A DNA stretch of 17,778 nt, taken from a virus. Its lineage: Duplodnaviria; Heunggongvirae; Uroviricota; Caudoviricetes. The stretch covers positions 1 to 17,778 of IMG/VR virus record IMGVR_UViG_2711768043_000005; one strand, 5' to 3'. Below, piece by piece: positions 7,266-14,930 of the stretch. Under the pieces are notes generated by a model. It searched no databases, was not told the origin of the DNA, and saw nothing but the letters and a program-made list of their open reading frames with translations. A program made the position numbers and the translations under genes. Positions within the stretch are counted from its first letter, which is position 1. Each line of letters begins with the position of its first letter.

Positions 7266-8203
7266 CCCCTGAATCCTGCCGGGATCTGGCTGTAGTCCAC
7301 GTTGTCGTAACTGGATTTGAAGTACGGGTCTTCGCGTTTTTCGGTGTACGTGCTTACGGACGGCGATAAGCGCAGGGAAAGCTCATCCCATTTTTCCCGC
7401 AGCTTCGACGGGCTGAGCACGTTACGGCACCAGAACGGATCGCGGCTGACGCGGCTGTACATCTCGCAGATTTGTTTGTGAGTACGACCATCCTGCACAC
7501 ACATCAGGCGAATTTCGTTTGCCCAGGCTGTCCAGTTCGGTTCTTTGGGACGAACCACCTCGCCGTCACATTCGGCAGCCAGCTCGTACAGGGCGATGAT
7601 TTTTTTCCAGAGCCACTGTGCGCAGGTCAAATCATCCTGCGTCCCCCACTGGCGCTTTTTAGGGCTGAATACAACCGCATCAGGATGGCGAGTTAAAAAA
7701 TCCTGTTCATCCGTCTGCGTGTCCGGTTGCGAAGCGTCCGGACGAGAAGGTTTTTTATCTGACGGATCATGTTTTGATTTTACTGACGGATCCCCGCCAG
7801 ATTCTGACGGGTGAAAACCCGCTTTTTTGCCAGATTTCGACGCATCAAATTTTGACGGGTCAGATTTTGATGCGTCAGATTTTGACGGGTCAGAATCTGA
7901 CAGTTGAGAAAATGCCGCTGCCTGAAGCTTCGCAACGTTAAGCTGATAAACATTCGACGCATTGCGGTTACCCTGGCGACGCGCCTTACGCGTTAACCAG
8001 CCTTCTGCTTCCAGCCGTGCGATAGCCGTTCTGACGGTACTCATCCCCGCGCCAATCTGACGGGCAATGGTTTCAATTGATGGCCAGCACACACCTTCGT
8101 CATTACTGAAATCAGCCAGGCGGGCCATAATTGCCACGCTGGATAATTTCATGCCTGACGCTGCGCAACCATCCCATACATAGCCGGTTAATTTAGTGCT
8201 CAT
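7262..8203 (-). CDS. Replication initiation protein, lambda O-like, with internal low-complexity linker
   Basis: 313 aa; N-terminal winged-helix-like region, central SDSDPSKSDASKSDPSKFDASKS linker encoded by a DNA iteron array, C-terminal domain; sits after the cII-like gene as O does in lambda. Confidence 0.55.
   Translation of the reverse strand: MSTKLTGYVWDGCAASGMKLSSVAIMARLADFSNDEGVCWPSIETIARQIGAGMSTVRTAIARLEAEGWLTRKARRQGNRNASNVYQLNVAKLQAAAFSQLSDSDPSKSDASKSDPSKFDASKSGKKAGFHPSESGGDPSVKSKHDPSDKKPSRPDASQPDTQTDEQDFLTRHPDAVVFSPKKRQWGTQDDLTCAQWLWKKIIALYELAAECDGEVVRPKEPNWTAWANEIRLMCVQDGRTHKQICEMYSRVSRDPFWCRNVLSPSKLREKWDELSLRLSPSVSTYTEKREDPYFKSSYDNVDYSQIPAGFRG
7836..7895. repeat. Iteron array (tandem ~15-bp repeats TTTGAYGSGTCAGAT) inside the O-like gene; putative origin of replication
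   Basis: Direct repeats at 7851-7865, 7866-7880, 7881-7895 plus a related unit at 7836-7850; further TGACGG motifs at 7760, 7784 and 7805. Confidence 0.5.
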
Positions 8204-8212
8204 GACCGACCT

Positions 8213-8551
8213 CTATTTCCCTGAATTTACGACGAAACTGTTCGAGCGGACTGAAGCACTCATGCTCATAGCCTTCGCGGAGGTAGATAACCCGTTGTGT
8301 TTCCGGTTCCCAACGAATGACTCTGACGGGCACTCCGTAGTGATCTTTGAACCAGCGGTTAACTTGTCGCAAAGGACTGTCTCCTTCTGCCGGTTGAAAT
8401 CACCCACAGCCCACTCTGCAAAGCTGTGGGTTACAATTTCCCTGTCACCTGGTACATTTACTGCATAGCAATACTCCACCTTCGCTTTTCCACCCGGTAC
8501 AGGAAGCGCAATCAGTTGCGAGCGACGGTAGTGTGTTGTTAAACTGTTCAT
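8213..8551 (-). CDS. Hypothetical protein
   Basis: 112 aa; ATGA start/stop overlap with the upstream cII-like gene and GGAGA about 10 nt upstream; no recognisable domain; an overlapping plus-strand ORF (8196-8468) makes the call uncertain. Confidence 0.4.
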   Translation of the reverse strand: MNSLTTHYRRSQLIALPVPGGKAKVEYCYAVNVPGDREIVTHSFAEWAVGDFNRQKETVLCDKLTAGSKITTECPSESFVGNRKHNGLSTSAKAMSMSASVRSNSFVVNSGK

Positions 8552-9132
8552 GCGTTAGTTTCTCCACAGTCACGACACGCCACGGCGCCCGGAGCTGCAC
8601 ACTCGCGGGCGTCATTACTTTCTGAAATGCAAAAGATTTTGTAGACCAGTGCTGCATGCTCCTGCAGCTTCGAAATTGAGAGATATAGCTCGTCGTTAAT
8701 TGCTGTTTTCTCATGCGGTTCCACTACACCGTCTTCGATTGCTGAACGAATCTGTTTTGAATAACTGCCGATCTGTTCAATGACTTCCAGCAGACGCTGG
8801 TTAATATCGGCGTTGTCCACATCCTCGACGTCAGGAAGAGACACAAATACGCCATTTGCAGACTGCGCCACAGCATCAGCAATGAAGTGAGTGCCACCAG
8901 CACGCTGTAAAACCATTGCCCATCCCAGCGGGAAAATCTGATCGCCATCGGCACGAAGGCGGTTAAATAATGCGCTCTCTGTTACATCCAGCCAGTCAGC
9001 AGCTTCAGCGTAACCCCCCGGCAACGCTGCGATAGTTTTTCTGACAGCTTTCACGTACCACTTAGGCTGTTTTTCTACTTTCCAGTGATGCTTACCCACG
9101 GCTATCTCCTTAAAACTGTGGTTACTTTTCAT
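8548..9132 (-). CDS. cII-like / YdaT-like regulatory protein (start uncertain)
   Basis: Follows the cro-like gene; start placed at the first in-frame ATG (MKSNHSF) since the longer ORF overlaps cro by 80+ nt; family assignment is from memory and tentative. Confidence 0.45.
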   Translation of the reverse strand: MKSNHSFKEIAVGKHHWKVEKQPKWYVKAVRKTIAALPGGYAEAADWLDVTESALFNRLRADGDQIFPLGWAMVLQRAGGTHFIADAVAQSANGVFVSLPDVEDVDNADINQRLLEVIEQIGSYSKQIRSAIEDGVVEPHEKTAINDELYLSISKLQEHAALVYKIFCISESNDARECAAPGAVACRDCGETNA

Positions 9133-9370
9133 CTGATGAATCTTTAATCTTTTGAAAAATATCTGGACGTAATTTTTCTTTTGATATGCCAGTGGTCTTT
9201 TCAATGAATATCGAGAGCTTTGCAGGGGGACGCTTTTCTCTGTTCAACCAGTTCCAGACATGTTGTTGCTTTACTAAATGACCGCTGCTGGCTGTGAGCT
9301 TCCGAGCCAATTCTGATTGACCACCAGCCAGAGCGATTGCCTCCGATAAGGCTAATTGCTCAGGTGTCAT
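9122..9370 (-). CDS. Cro-like HTH regulator (YdaS-type)
   Basis: 82 aa; AAGGAGA RBS before the ATG; HTH-like segment GGQSELARKLTASSGHLVKQ; divergent from the CI-like repressor across an operator-rich spacer. Confidence 0.65.
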   Translation of the reverse strand: MTPEQLALSEAIALAGGQSELARKLTASSGHLVKQQHVWNWLNREKRPPAKLSIFIEKTTGISKEKLRPDIFQKIKDSSDEK

Positions 9371-9505
9371 AGCTTTCTCCTTTTTAGGTAGTTAAGTTGT
9401 TACGAGTTGCAAGAATACAACATTAACAACTTTTATCACAACTTTTAGGTGTTGGAAAGCTAAAACATAAAGTTGTAACCTCATCAAAAAAGAGAGGGAT
9501 ATGTT
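9371..9505. promoter_or_regulatory. OR-like operator/promoter region between cro-like and cI-like genes
   Basis: Repeated GTTGT/ACAAC half-sites (AAGTTGT at 9394 and 9471; ACAACTT at 9426 and 9439). Candidate minus-strand promoter TTGTGA (9436-9441) / TATTCT (9412-9417); candidate plus-strand promoter TTGGAA (9452-9457) / TAACCT (9476-9481). Confidence 0.55.
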
Positions 9506-10192
9506 GTGAAAACACTGGCAGAACGATTAAAGATAGGTAGAGAGAAAGCTGGCATGAGCCAAGCTCAACTAGCTGAAAAAATTGGACTTTCACAACAATC
9601 TGTAGCCAAAATAGAGAATGGCGAAACTCTACAACCGCGCAAAATTAAAGAAATTGCAAAAGTTTTAGGTGTATCACAAAAGTGGTTACAACTTGGTATT
9701 GAAGACAACGCATCCATACCTGATCTTGTTGTAAAAGAAGCAGAAAGCACCGCATTAGACCCCGATATTTTCGTAAACATTCCTGTTTTAGATGTCGAGT
9801 TATCGGCAGGTAACGGATGTCTGGCTGAAATAGTTGAATCAGCTATTGACTGGTTTCCGTTAAGAAGAGCAGATTTGAGAAAATCTGGCGTATGTGCATC
9901 TAATGCCAAGATCGTAAAAATATGGGGGAACAGTTTATTACCGGTTCTCAATAATGGAGATCTTGTTGCCGTTGATATTTCTCAAACCGTTCCTATTCGT
10001 GATGGCGATCTTTATGCCGTACGAGATGGTGTATTGCTAAGGGTTAAAATACTTATCAACTTACCTGACGGTGGCTTGATTCTTAGAAGCTTCAACAAAG
10101 ATGAGTACCCAGATGAAATACTCACCTTTGAAGATAGACGAGCCAGAATTCATGTGATAGGTAGGGTATTCTGGTCATCGCGAACTTGGTAA
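9506..10192 (+). CDS. CI-like prophage repressor (N-terminal XRE-type HTH, C-terminal S24 LexA-like peptidase domain)
   Basis: 228 aa; GTG start with AGAGAGGG RBS; HTH (MSQAQLAEKIGLSQQSVAKIENGE); Ala-Gly cleavage-site context (LSAGNG); S24-like Ser (GNSLLP) and Lys (LRVK). Confidence 0.85.
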   Translation: MKTLAERLKIGREKAGMSQAQLAEKIGLSQQSVAKIENGETLQPRKIKEIAKVLGVSQKWLQLGIEDNASIPDLVVKEAESTALDPDIFVNIPVLDVELSAGNGCLAEIVESAIDWFPLRRADLRKSGVCASNAKIVKIWGNSLLPVLNNGDLVAVDISQTVPIRDGDLYAVRDGVLLRVKILINLPDGGLILRSFNKDEYPDEILTFEDRRARIHVIGRVFWSSRTW

Positions 10193-11065
10193 TGCATCGA
10201 AAAGCATTTCTTCAGAAATAATTTTAAGTTTTGCACCATTATCATCCCTATAAGATATAGCCTTTTCGATCTTCCTTCCGTGACTTGAGAATTTCCAATC
10301 ACGGGAGGAAAGCGTCCCAATTACTAAAAAATCCAACTTTTGAGTAATTCCACTACTGATGTTCCCACCAGCATTTTTAATCAAATTTTCAACTACGGCT
10401 CTCTTTCCTGCAACAAAAGTGCCTGTAAGACAATAGGTTTTACCCTCTAACTCTATCGAAGCCCCTACATCAATAGGCAGCCTGGTCGCCAAACCATCCA
10501 CCACCCCACTTTCCAAGTCACATCCTGTGAAGTCTACTAATGCCTTATGTAGAGTTAAACTCTCATCTTCAGTAATAACACCATCTTTAAGAATTTCCTT
10601 TACAAGTGCATAAAGTTTTTTTCCTGGGTAGTTGTTCTTCAAAGCTCCATTTTGCTCAAGCCACCAATTAAGATATCTTATTTCTTCTTGAGTTAAGTTC
10701 CGATCAGCAATTAATCCTTTACATAGTCCATTAAGTAAATGGACATCTACATCCTTGGAGTAAAAATCAATTTCAGGGATATCAAGAATTTCCCTCTGTA
10801 TTTGGAGAAGGCTATTTTTAAGGTCATCACGTTCTTCTGATGTGATTATTCCATCCGCAAGAATATCCGACACCCGTGCTGATAGACTTTTTATAACTCC
10901 ATTATTGATAATCTGCTTTGCTTCAAGTAACCATGTATCTAAGTAAAGAACCTCCTCTTCACGGACAACTCCATCTGCAATGATTCCATCAATGATGCTA
11001 ATCAAGTTAGCAAATAACTTGTCCCGGTTCTGTGTGTAATTAAAAGCGTAAAGCGCGTCTTCCAT
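10175..11065 (-). CDS. Protein with tandem TerB-like ADG-x-IT-x-EE helical repeats and a C-terminal BRCT domain
   Basis: 296 aa from ATG at 11065 (GGAGG RBS 4 nt upstream); four repeats of the form [IL]xDG[VI]ITxEExxxL; C-terminus GKTYCLTGTF...GGNISSGITQKLDFLVIGT...AKLKIISEEMLFDAL resembles the ligase-type BRCT fold; AT-rich; 3' end overlaps the cI 3' end by 18 bp. Confidence 0.75.
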   Translation of the reverse strand: MEDALYAFNYTQNRDKLFANLISIIDGIIADGVVREEEVLYLDTWLLEAKQIINNGVIKSLSARVSDILADGIITSEERDDLKNSLLQIQREILDIPEIDFYSKDVDVHLLNGLCKGLIADRNLTQEEIRYLNWWLEQNGALKNNYPGKKLYALVKEILKDGVITEDESLTLHKALVDFTGCDLESGVVDGLATRLPIDVGASIELEGKTYCLTGTFVAGKRAVVENLIKNAGGNISSGITQKLDFLVIGTLSSRDWKFSSHGRKIEKAISYRDDNGAKLKIISEEMLFDALPSSR

Positions 11066-11099
11066 ACAACCTCCTTTTTTTGATAATCCTTGCACTCCT

Positions 11100-11200
11100 T
11101 GGCTACTCGTTCAAACCACATAAAGTTGTTGACAACATTCAAAACCACAACTAAATTACAACTTAAAGGTGTTAAAACAACGAACAGGCAGGACGCCCAC
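11100..11200 (+). promoter_or_regulatory. OL/PL-like operator-promoter region
   Basis: Candidate promoter TTGACA (11129-11134), 17-nt spacer, TAAATT (11152-11157); operator-like motifs shared with the OR region: CATAAAGTTGT (11120 vs 9468) and ACAACTTwwAGGTGTT (11157-11172 vs 9439-9454). Confidence 0.55.
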
Positions 11201-11267
11201 GAAGTAGCCGCCGGTGGCGTATGAATGACCGGATGATTCGTTAAATACTATGTGTAAGAGAGCGCAA

Positions 11268-11471
11268 ATGAACCGTTATTTCACATGCTCGTTTTGTGGC
11301 GCAAACGAGCTGCAGGCAAAAAAAATCATCGCCAAAGGCGGAAAAGATGAAGTTGCTATCTGCTCTGAGTGCGTAGTCTTGTGTGTCGGGGCATTAATCA
11401 ATATCAGCACAACTATTCAGTTCACACCAAATGAGAATGCGCCTTTAGATGCGCGGAAATCTGGAGGTTAA
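11268..11471 (+). CDS. ClpX-type zinc-ribbon (ZBD-like) small protein
   Basis: 67 aa; YFTCSFCGANELQAKKIIAKGG...AICSECVVLC aligns by eye with the E. coli ClpX N-terminal zinc-binding domain ([32 protein letters not shown]); AAGAGAG RBS. Confidence 0.7.
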   Translation: MNRYFTCSFCGANELQAKKIIAKGGKDEVAICSECVVLCVGALINISTTIQFTPNENAPLDARKSGG

Positions 11472-11479
11472 AGAACAAA

Positions 11480-11755
11480 ATGAAAGTCCAGATTTTAAAC
11501 AATAGTGGTGAAGTCGTTTGGTCATACGACATAGCCGCTCCTGTAGATCAGAGCGGCGATAGCTGGACCAATGGAAAACATCAGATTATGGCTGGAGTTG
11601 TGTTCTCTTTACGCCGTGCTTTAGAACAGGCTGAAGTCTTTCCATCAGACCCTGAATGGAAATGGCCTTTTTCTATTTGTCCAAATTCGGAGAGTACATT
11701 TCAGAAAATTGGTCAGAAAGTCGCACTCGAAGAGCATCAGCCAACTGTTTCCTGA
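11480..11755 (+). CDS. Hypothetical protein
   Basis: 91 aa; GGAGG RBS 8 nt upstream; its 3' end overlaps the convergent 81-aa ORF, so the true stop or reality of one of the two is uncertain. Confidence 0.5.
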   Translation: MKVQILNNSGEVVWSYDIAAPVDQSGDSWTNGKHQIMAGVVFSLRRALEQAEVFPSDPEWKWPFSICPNSESTFQKIGQKVALEEHQPTVS

Positions 11756-11918
11756 TTTTTTCAGGTAACTCGTCGGCATCGCAGAAACAACAACGCTCGA
11801 TCATGTTGAAAGCCGATTCGTAGAACTGTTTTTGCTGAGTGTCGCTGAGACAGGAAAAGAGCGACGTTACGATGATTTTATTAATTGCATTATCAAGTTC
11901 TTTTTCATCAAAAGTCAT
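11673..11918 (-). CDS. Hypothetical protein (antisense to the early-left operon)
   Basis: 81 aa; AAGGAAAA RBS-like sequence before the ATG at 11918; no recognised domain. Confidence 0.45.
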   Translation of the reverse strand: MTFDEKELDNAINKIIVTSLFSCLSDTQQKQFYESAFNMIERCCFCDADELPEKIRKQLADALRVRLSDQFSEMYSPNLDK

Positions 11919-12173
11919 TTGATTTTCCTTTTATGTATACGGGCTTAAAAGGATACCACCGAGCCTGAAGTGGTGAAAAGACAGGCACATAACAGCTAAG
12001 TATTTTCAACCAAAGAGAATCCTTAGCGTTGTGGTGAATGCGGCTCAGCGCACGCGGGTTAAGGTTGAGGCTGACAGTCGACCTTCTGTGGATACCCACC
12101 CGTCTGGTGTGCAACCTTCGCCAGGCACCGGGAGGCACCCGGCACCACAACTTTATGCTGTGTGTAGTCCTGG

Positions 12174-12218
12174 CGGTACCAGTTTGTACCCTTGCTTCCG
12201 GCTGGTACCGTCCTTTTT
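12174..12218 (+). terminator. Candidate intrinsic terminator within a GC-rich non-coding island
   Basis: Perfect 9-bp stem CGGTACCAG (12174-12182) / CTGGTACCG (12202-12210), 19-nt loop, followed by TCCTTTTT. Confidence 0.45.
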
Positions 12219-12355
12219 ACAAAACAGAGAAGAGCATCACCGGACGACGGGCTCATAACCCAATCCATCCGGGCGGCTGCCACCGCAGGTGTTCTTCTCT
12301 GTTTTGTGGAGAAACTAATCGGCCTTGCAGGGTCGATATGATGAGGAGCAGCAAA

Positions 12356-12718
12356 ATGGCTAGCGAACGCAGTACTGATGTGCAGGCATTTATCGGGGAG
12401 CTGGACGGCGGCGTATTTGAAACCAAAATCGGCGCAGTTCTCAGTGAAGTCGCTTCCGGTGTGATGAACACGAAAACCAAAGGTAAGGTCTCACTCAACC
12501 TGGAAATCGAACCATTTGATGAGAACCGTGTGAAAATCAAACACAAACTCTCATATGTTCGCCCGACTAACCGTGGGAAAATTTCCGAAGAAGACACCAC
12601 CGAAACGCCGATGTATGTCAATCGCGGTGGTCGCCTGACTATTCTGCAGGAAGACCAGGGACAATTACTGACTCTTGCCGGTGAGCCTGACGGAAAACTC
12701 CGCGCAGCAGGTCATTAA
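12356..12718 (+). CDS. Hypothetical protein, YfdP-like (120 aa)
   Basis: GAGGAG RBS 7 nt before the ATG at 12356; the upstream in-frame extension to 12038 is Arg/Pro/Cys-rich and lacks an RBS. Confidence 0.6.
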   Translation: MASERSTDVQAFIGELDGGVFETKIGAVLSEVASGVMNTKTKGKVSLNLEIEPFDENRVKIKHKLSYVRPTNRGKISEEDTTETPMYVNRGGRLTILQEDQGQLLTLAGEPDGKLRAAGH

Positions 12719-12783
12719 TATCATTCTTAATTAACTAATTATTTATCTCATCACTGAATATCTTAATATAGTGAGGACTTATT

Positions 12784-13608
12784 ATGTCTCAGAACTTAGA
12801 CGCAACCGCAATTAATCAAATCCATGCCCTTATTTCTGCTCAGGGTGTTAATGAAATTATCAGTAAGATTGGTGCCGATGCTGTGGCATTGCCTGAGAAT
12901 TTCCGCATTCATGATCTGGAAAAATTTAATTTAAATCGCTTCCGTTTCCGTGGTGCGCTTTCCACTGCCAGCATCGATGACTTTACCCGTTATTCTAAAG
13001 ATCTTGCAGATGAAGGCACCCGCTGCTTTATCGATGCTGATAATATGCGTGCCGTCAGTGTGCTTAACCTGGGTACTATTGATGAACCAGGTCACGCAGA
13101 TAACACCGCCACTCTCAAACTGAAAAAGACAGCACCGTTCTCTGCCCTGTTGTCTGTTAACGGCGAGCGTAACTCCCAGAAATCACTGGCAGAATGGATT
13201 GAAGACTGGGCCGACAACCTTGTGGGCTTTGATGCTAATGGTGACGCCATTCAGGCAACAAAAGCGGCTGCGGCAATCCGTAAAATCACGATTGAAGCAA
13301 ACCAGACCGCTGATTTTGAAGATAATGACTTCAGCGGCAAACGCTCCCTGATGGAATCTGTCGAAGCGAAGACCAAAGACATTATGCCAGTGGCATTTGA
13401 ATTTAAATGCGTTCCGTTTGAAGGTCTGAAAGAACGTCCGTTTAAATTACGCCTCAGCATTATCACTGGCGATCGTCCTGTACTGGTTCTGCGCATTATT
13501 CAGCTGGAAGCGGTGCAGGAAGAAATGGCTAACGAATTTCGTGATCTGCTTGTTGAGAAATTCAAGGACAGCAAAGTAGAAACCTTTATTGGTACTTTCA
13601 CCGCCTGA
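12784..13608 (+). CDS. DUF2303-type protein, YfdQ-like (CPS-53 family)
   Basis: 274 aa, acidic; sequence and length resemble E. coli YfdQ as recalled; RBS-like GAGGA upstream. Confidence 0.7.
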   Translation: MSQNLDATAINQIHALISAQGVNEIISKIGADAVALPENFRIHDLEKFNLNRFRFRGALSTASIDDFTRYSKDLADEGTRCFIDADNMRAVSVLNLGTIDEPGHADNTATLKLKKTAPFSALLSVNGERNSQKSLAEWIEDWADNLVGFDANGDAIQATKAAAAIRKITIEANQTADFEDNDFSGKRSLMESVEAKTKDIMPVAFEFKCVPFEGLKERPFKLRLSIITGDRPVLVLRIIQLEAVQEEMANEFRDLLVEKFKDSKVETFIGTFTA

Positions 13609-13620
13609 TTTCATTACTGC

Positions 13621-13642
13621 AAATGCCCCTGCGGGGGCATTT
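13621..13642 (+). terminator. Hairpin, possible weak terminator or RNA processing site after the YfdQ-like gene
   Basis: AAATGCCCC-TGC-GGGGCATTT perfect 9-bp stem with a 3-nt loop; only a short T-stretch follows. Confidence 0.35.
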
Positions 13643-13735
13643 ATGGAAACGTAATTTACTCAATAATCGCCGGATGGTGAGGGATTCTTTTTACCAGAAT
13701 TCAGCGCGGTGCAGCGCATATACGTGGAGAACAAA

Positions 13736-14272
13736 ATGTCATTTATTAAAACTTTTTCCGGGAAGCATTTTTATTATGACAGGATAAATAAAGACGACAT
13801 CGATATTAACGATATCGCGGTTTCCCTTTCAAATATCTGTCGCTTTGCCGGTCATCTTTCGCACTTCTACAGCGTCGCCCAACATGCGGTTCTTTGCAGC
13901 CAGCTGGTGCCGCAGGAATTTGCTTTTGAAGCGTTAATGCATGATGCAACAGAAGCGTATTGCCAGGACATTCCCGCACCACTGAAACGCCTTCTTCCTG
14001 ACTATAAACAAATGGAAGAAAAAATAGACTCCGTAATCCGTGAGAAATACGGATTACCCCCAGTTATGAGTACGCCCGTGAAATATGCCGATCTCATCAT
14101 GCTGGCAACCGAACGCCGCGATCTCGGGCTTGATGATGGCTCTTTCTGGCCTGTACTGGAAGGTATCCCGGCAACAGAGATGTTCAACGTGATTCCACTG
14201 GCACCGGGCCATGCCTACGGGATGTTTATGGAACGCTTTAACGAGTTATCGGAGTTACGCAAATGCGCATGA
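13736..14272 (+). CDS. HD-domain phosphohydrolase, YfdR-like (5'-deoxynucleotidase-type)
   Basis: 178 aa from ATG at 13736 (GGAGA RBS); metal-binding H...HD motif (ALMHDATEAY) and upstream His residues. Confidence 0.7.
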   Translation: MSFIKTFSGKHFYYDRINKDDIDINDIAVSLSNICRFAGHLSHFYSVAQHAVLCSQLVPQEFAFEALMHDATEAYCQDIPAPLKRLLPDYKQMEEKIDSVIREKYGLPPVMSTPVKYADLIMLATERRDLGLDDGSFWPVLEGIPATEMFNVIPLAPGHAYGMFMERFNELSELRKCA

Positions 14273-14625
14273 ATGTTTTCGAAATGGAAGGGTTTCTTCG
14301 TGGGAGATGTGTACCGCGAGATCTGAAAGTAAATGAAACAGATGCTGAATACCTGGTGCGTAAATTCGATGCGCTTGAAGCTAAATGTGCAGCACAGGAA
14401 AACAAAGTAATACCAGTGTCAACTGAACTGCCACCAGCAAATGAAAGTGTTTTGTTATTCGATGCTAACGGAGAAGGCTGGCTAATTGGTTGGCGTTCTC
14501 TCTGGTACACCTGGGGACAAAAAGAAACCGGAGAATGGCAGTGGACATTTCAGGTCGGGGACCTTGAAAACGTCAATATCACTCACTGGGCAGTAATGCC
14601 AAAAGCACCGGAGGCTGGAGCATAA
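14263..14625 (+). CDS. Hypothetical phage protein (Trp-rich C-terminus, possibly DUF551-like)
   Basis: 120 aa; start overlaps the upstream gene stop; compact operon spacing. Confidence 0.55.
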   Translation: MRMNVFEMEGFLRGRCVPRDLKVNETDAEYLVRKFDALEAKCAAQENKVIPVSTELPPANESVLLFDANGEGWLIGWRSLWYTWGQKETGEWQWTFQVGDLENVNITHWAVMPKAPEAGA

Positions 14626-14930
14626 TGACCACTTTTACCGACAAAGAACTGATTAAAGAAATTAAAGAGCGTATCAGCAGCCTTGACGTGCGAGACGATA
14701 TTGAGCGCCGTGCTTATGAAATCGCACTCCTATCTCTGGAAGTAGAACCAGATGAACGCGAAGCTTATGAATTATTCATGGAAAAGCGTTTCGGTGACTT
14801 AGTAGATCGTCGGAGAGCAAAAAACGGCAATAACGAATACATGGCATGGGATATGACTCTCGGTTGGATCGTCTGGCAGCAACGAGCTGGTATCCATTTT
14901 TCAACAATGTCACAGCAAGAGGTGAAATAA
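14625..14930 (+). CDS. Hypothetical phage protein
   Basis: 101 aa; ATGA-type overlap with the upstream gene and 1-nt overlap with xis. Confidence 0.55.
   Translation: MTTFTDKELIKEIKERISSLDVRDDIERRAYEIALLSLEVEPDEREAYELFMEKRFGDLVDRRRAKNGNNEYMAWDMTLGWIVWQQRAGIHFSTMSQQEVK

Noticed and set aside
7836-7895. Tandem direct repeats considered as a CRISPR array or minisatellite
   Set aside because: The repeats are only ~15 bp, contiguous without spacers, lie inside an intact reading frame and encode a low-complexity linker, and no cas genes are present; an iteron/origin interpretation fits better.
8196-8468. Plus-strand 90-aa ORF overlapping the 112-aa minus-strand hypothetical gene
   Set aside because: It would run against the direction of the cro-to-Q operon and lacks an RBS; the minus-strand ORF has an ATGA coupling and GGAGA upstream. 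The call remains low-confidence either way.
12219-12307. Inverted repeats flanking a short structured segment, considered as a retron msr/msd ncRNA
   Set aside because: No reverse transcriptase gene follows (the downstream gene is a 120-aa hypothetical), and the enclosed segment of 59 nt is too short for a typical msr-msd.
12038-12355. Long in-frame N-terminal extension of the YfdP-like ORF (226-aa ORF from 12038)
   Set aside because: The extension is Arg/Pro/Cys-rich with GC-rich non-coding character, contains a terminator-like hairpin and long inverted repeats, and a strong GAGGAG RBS precedes the internal ATG at 12356.
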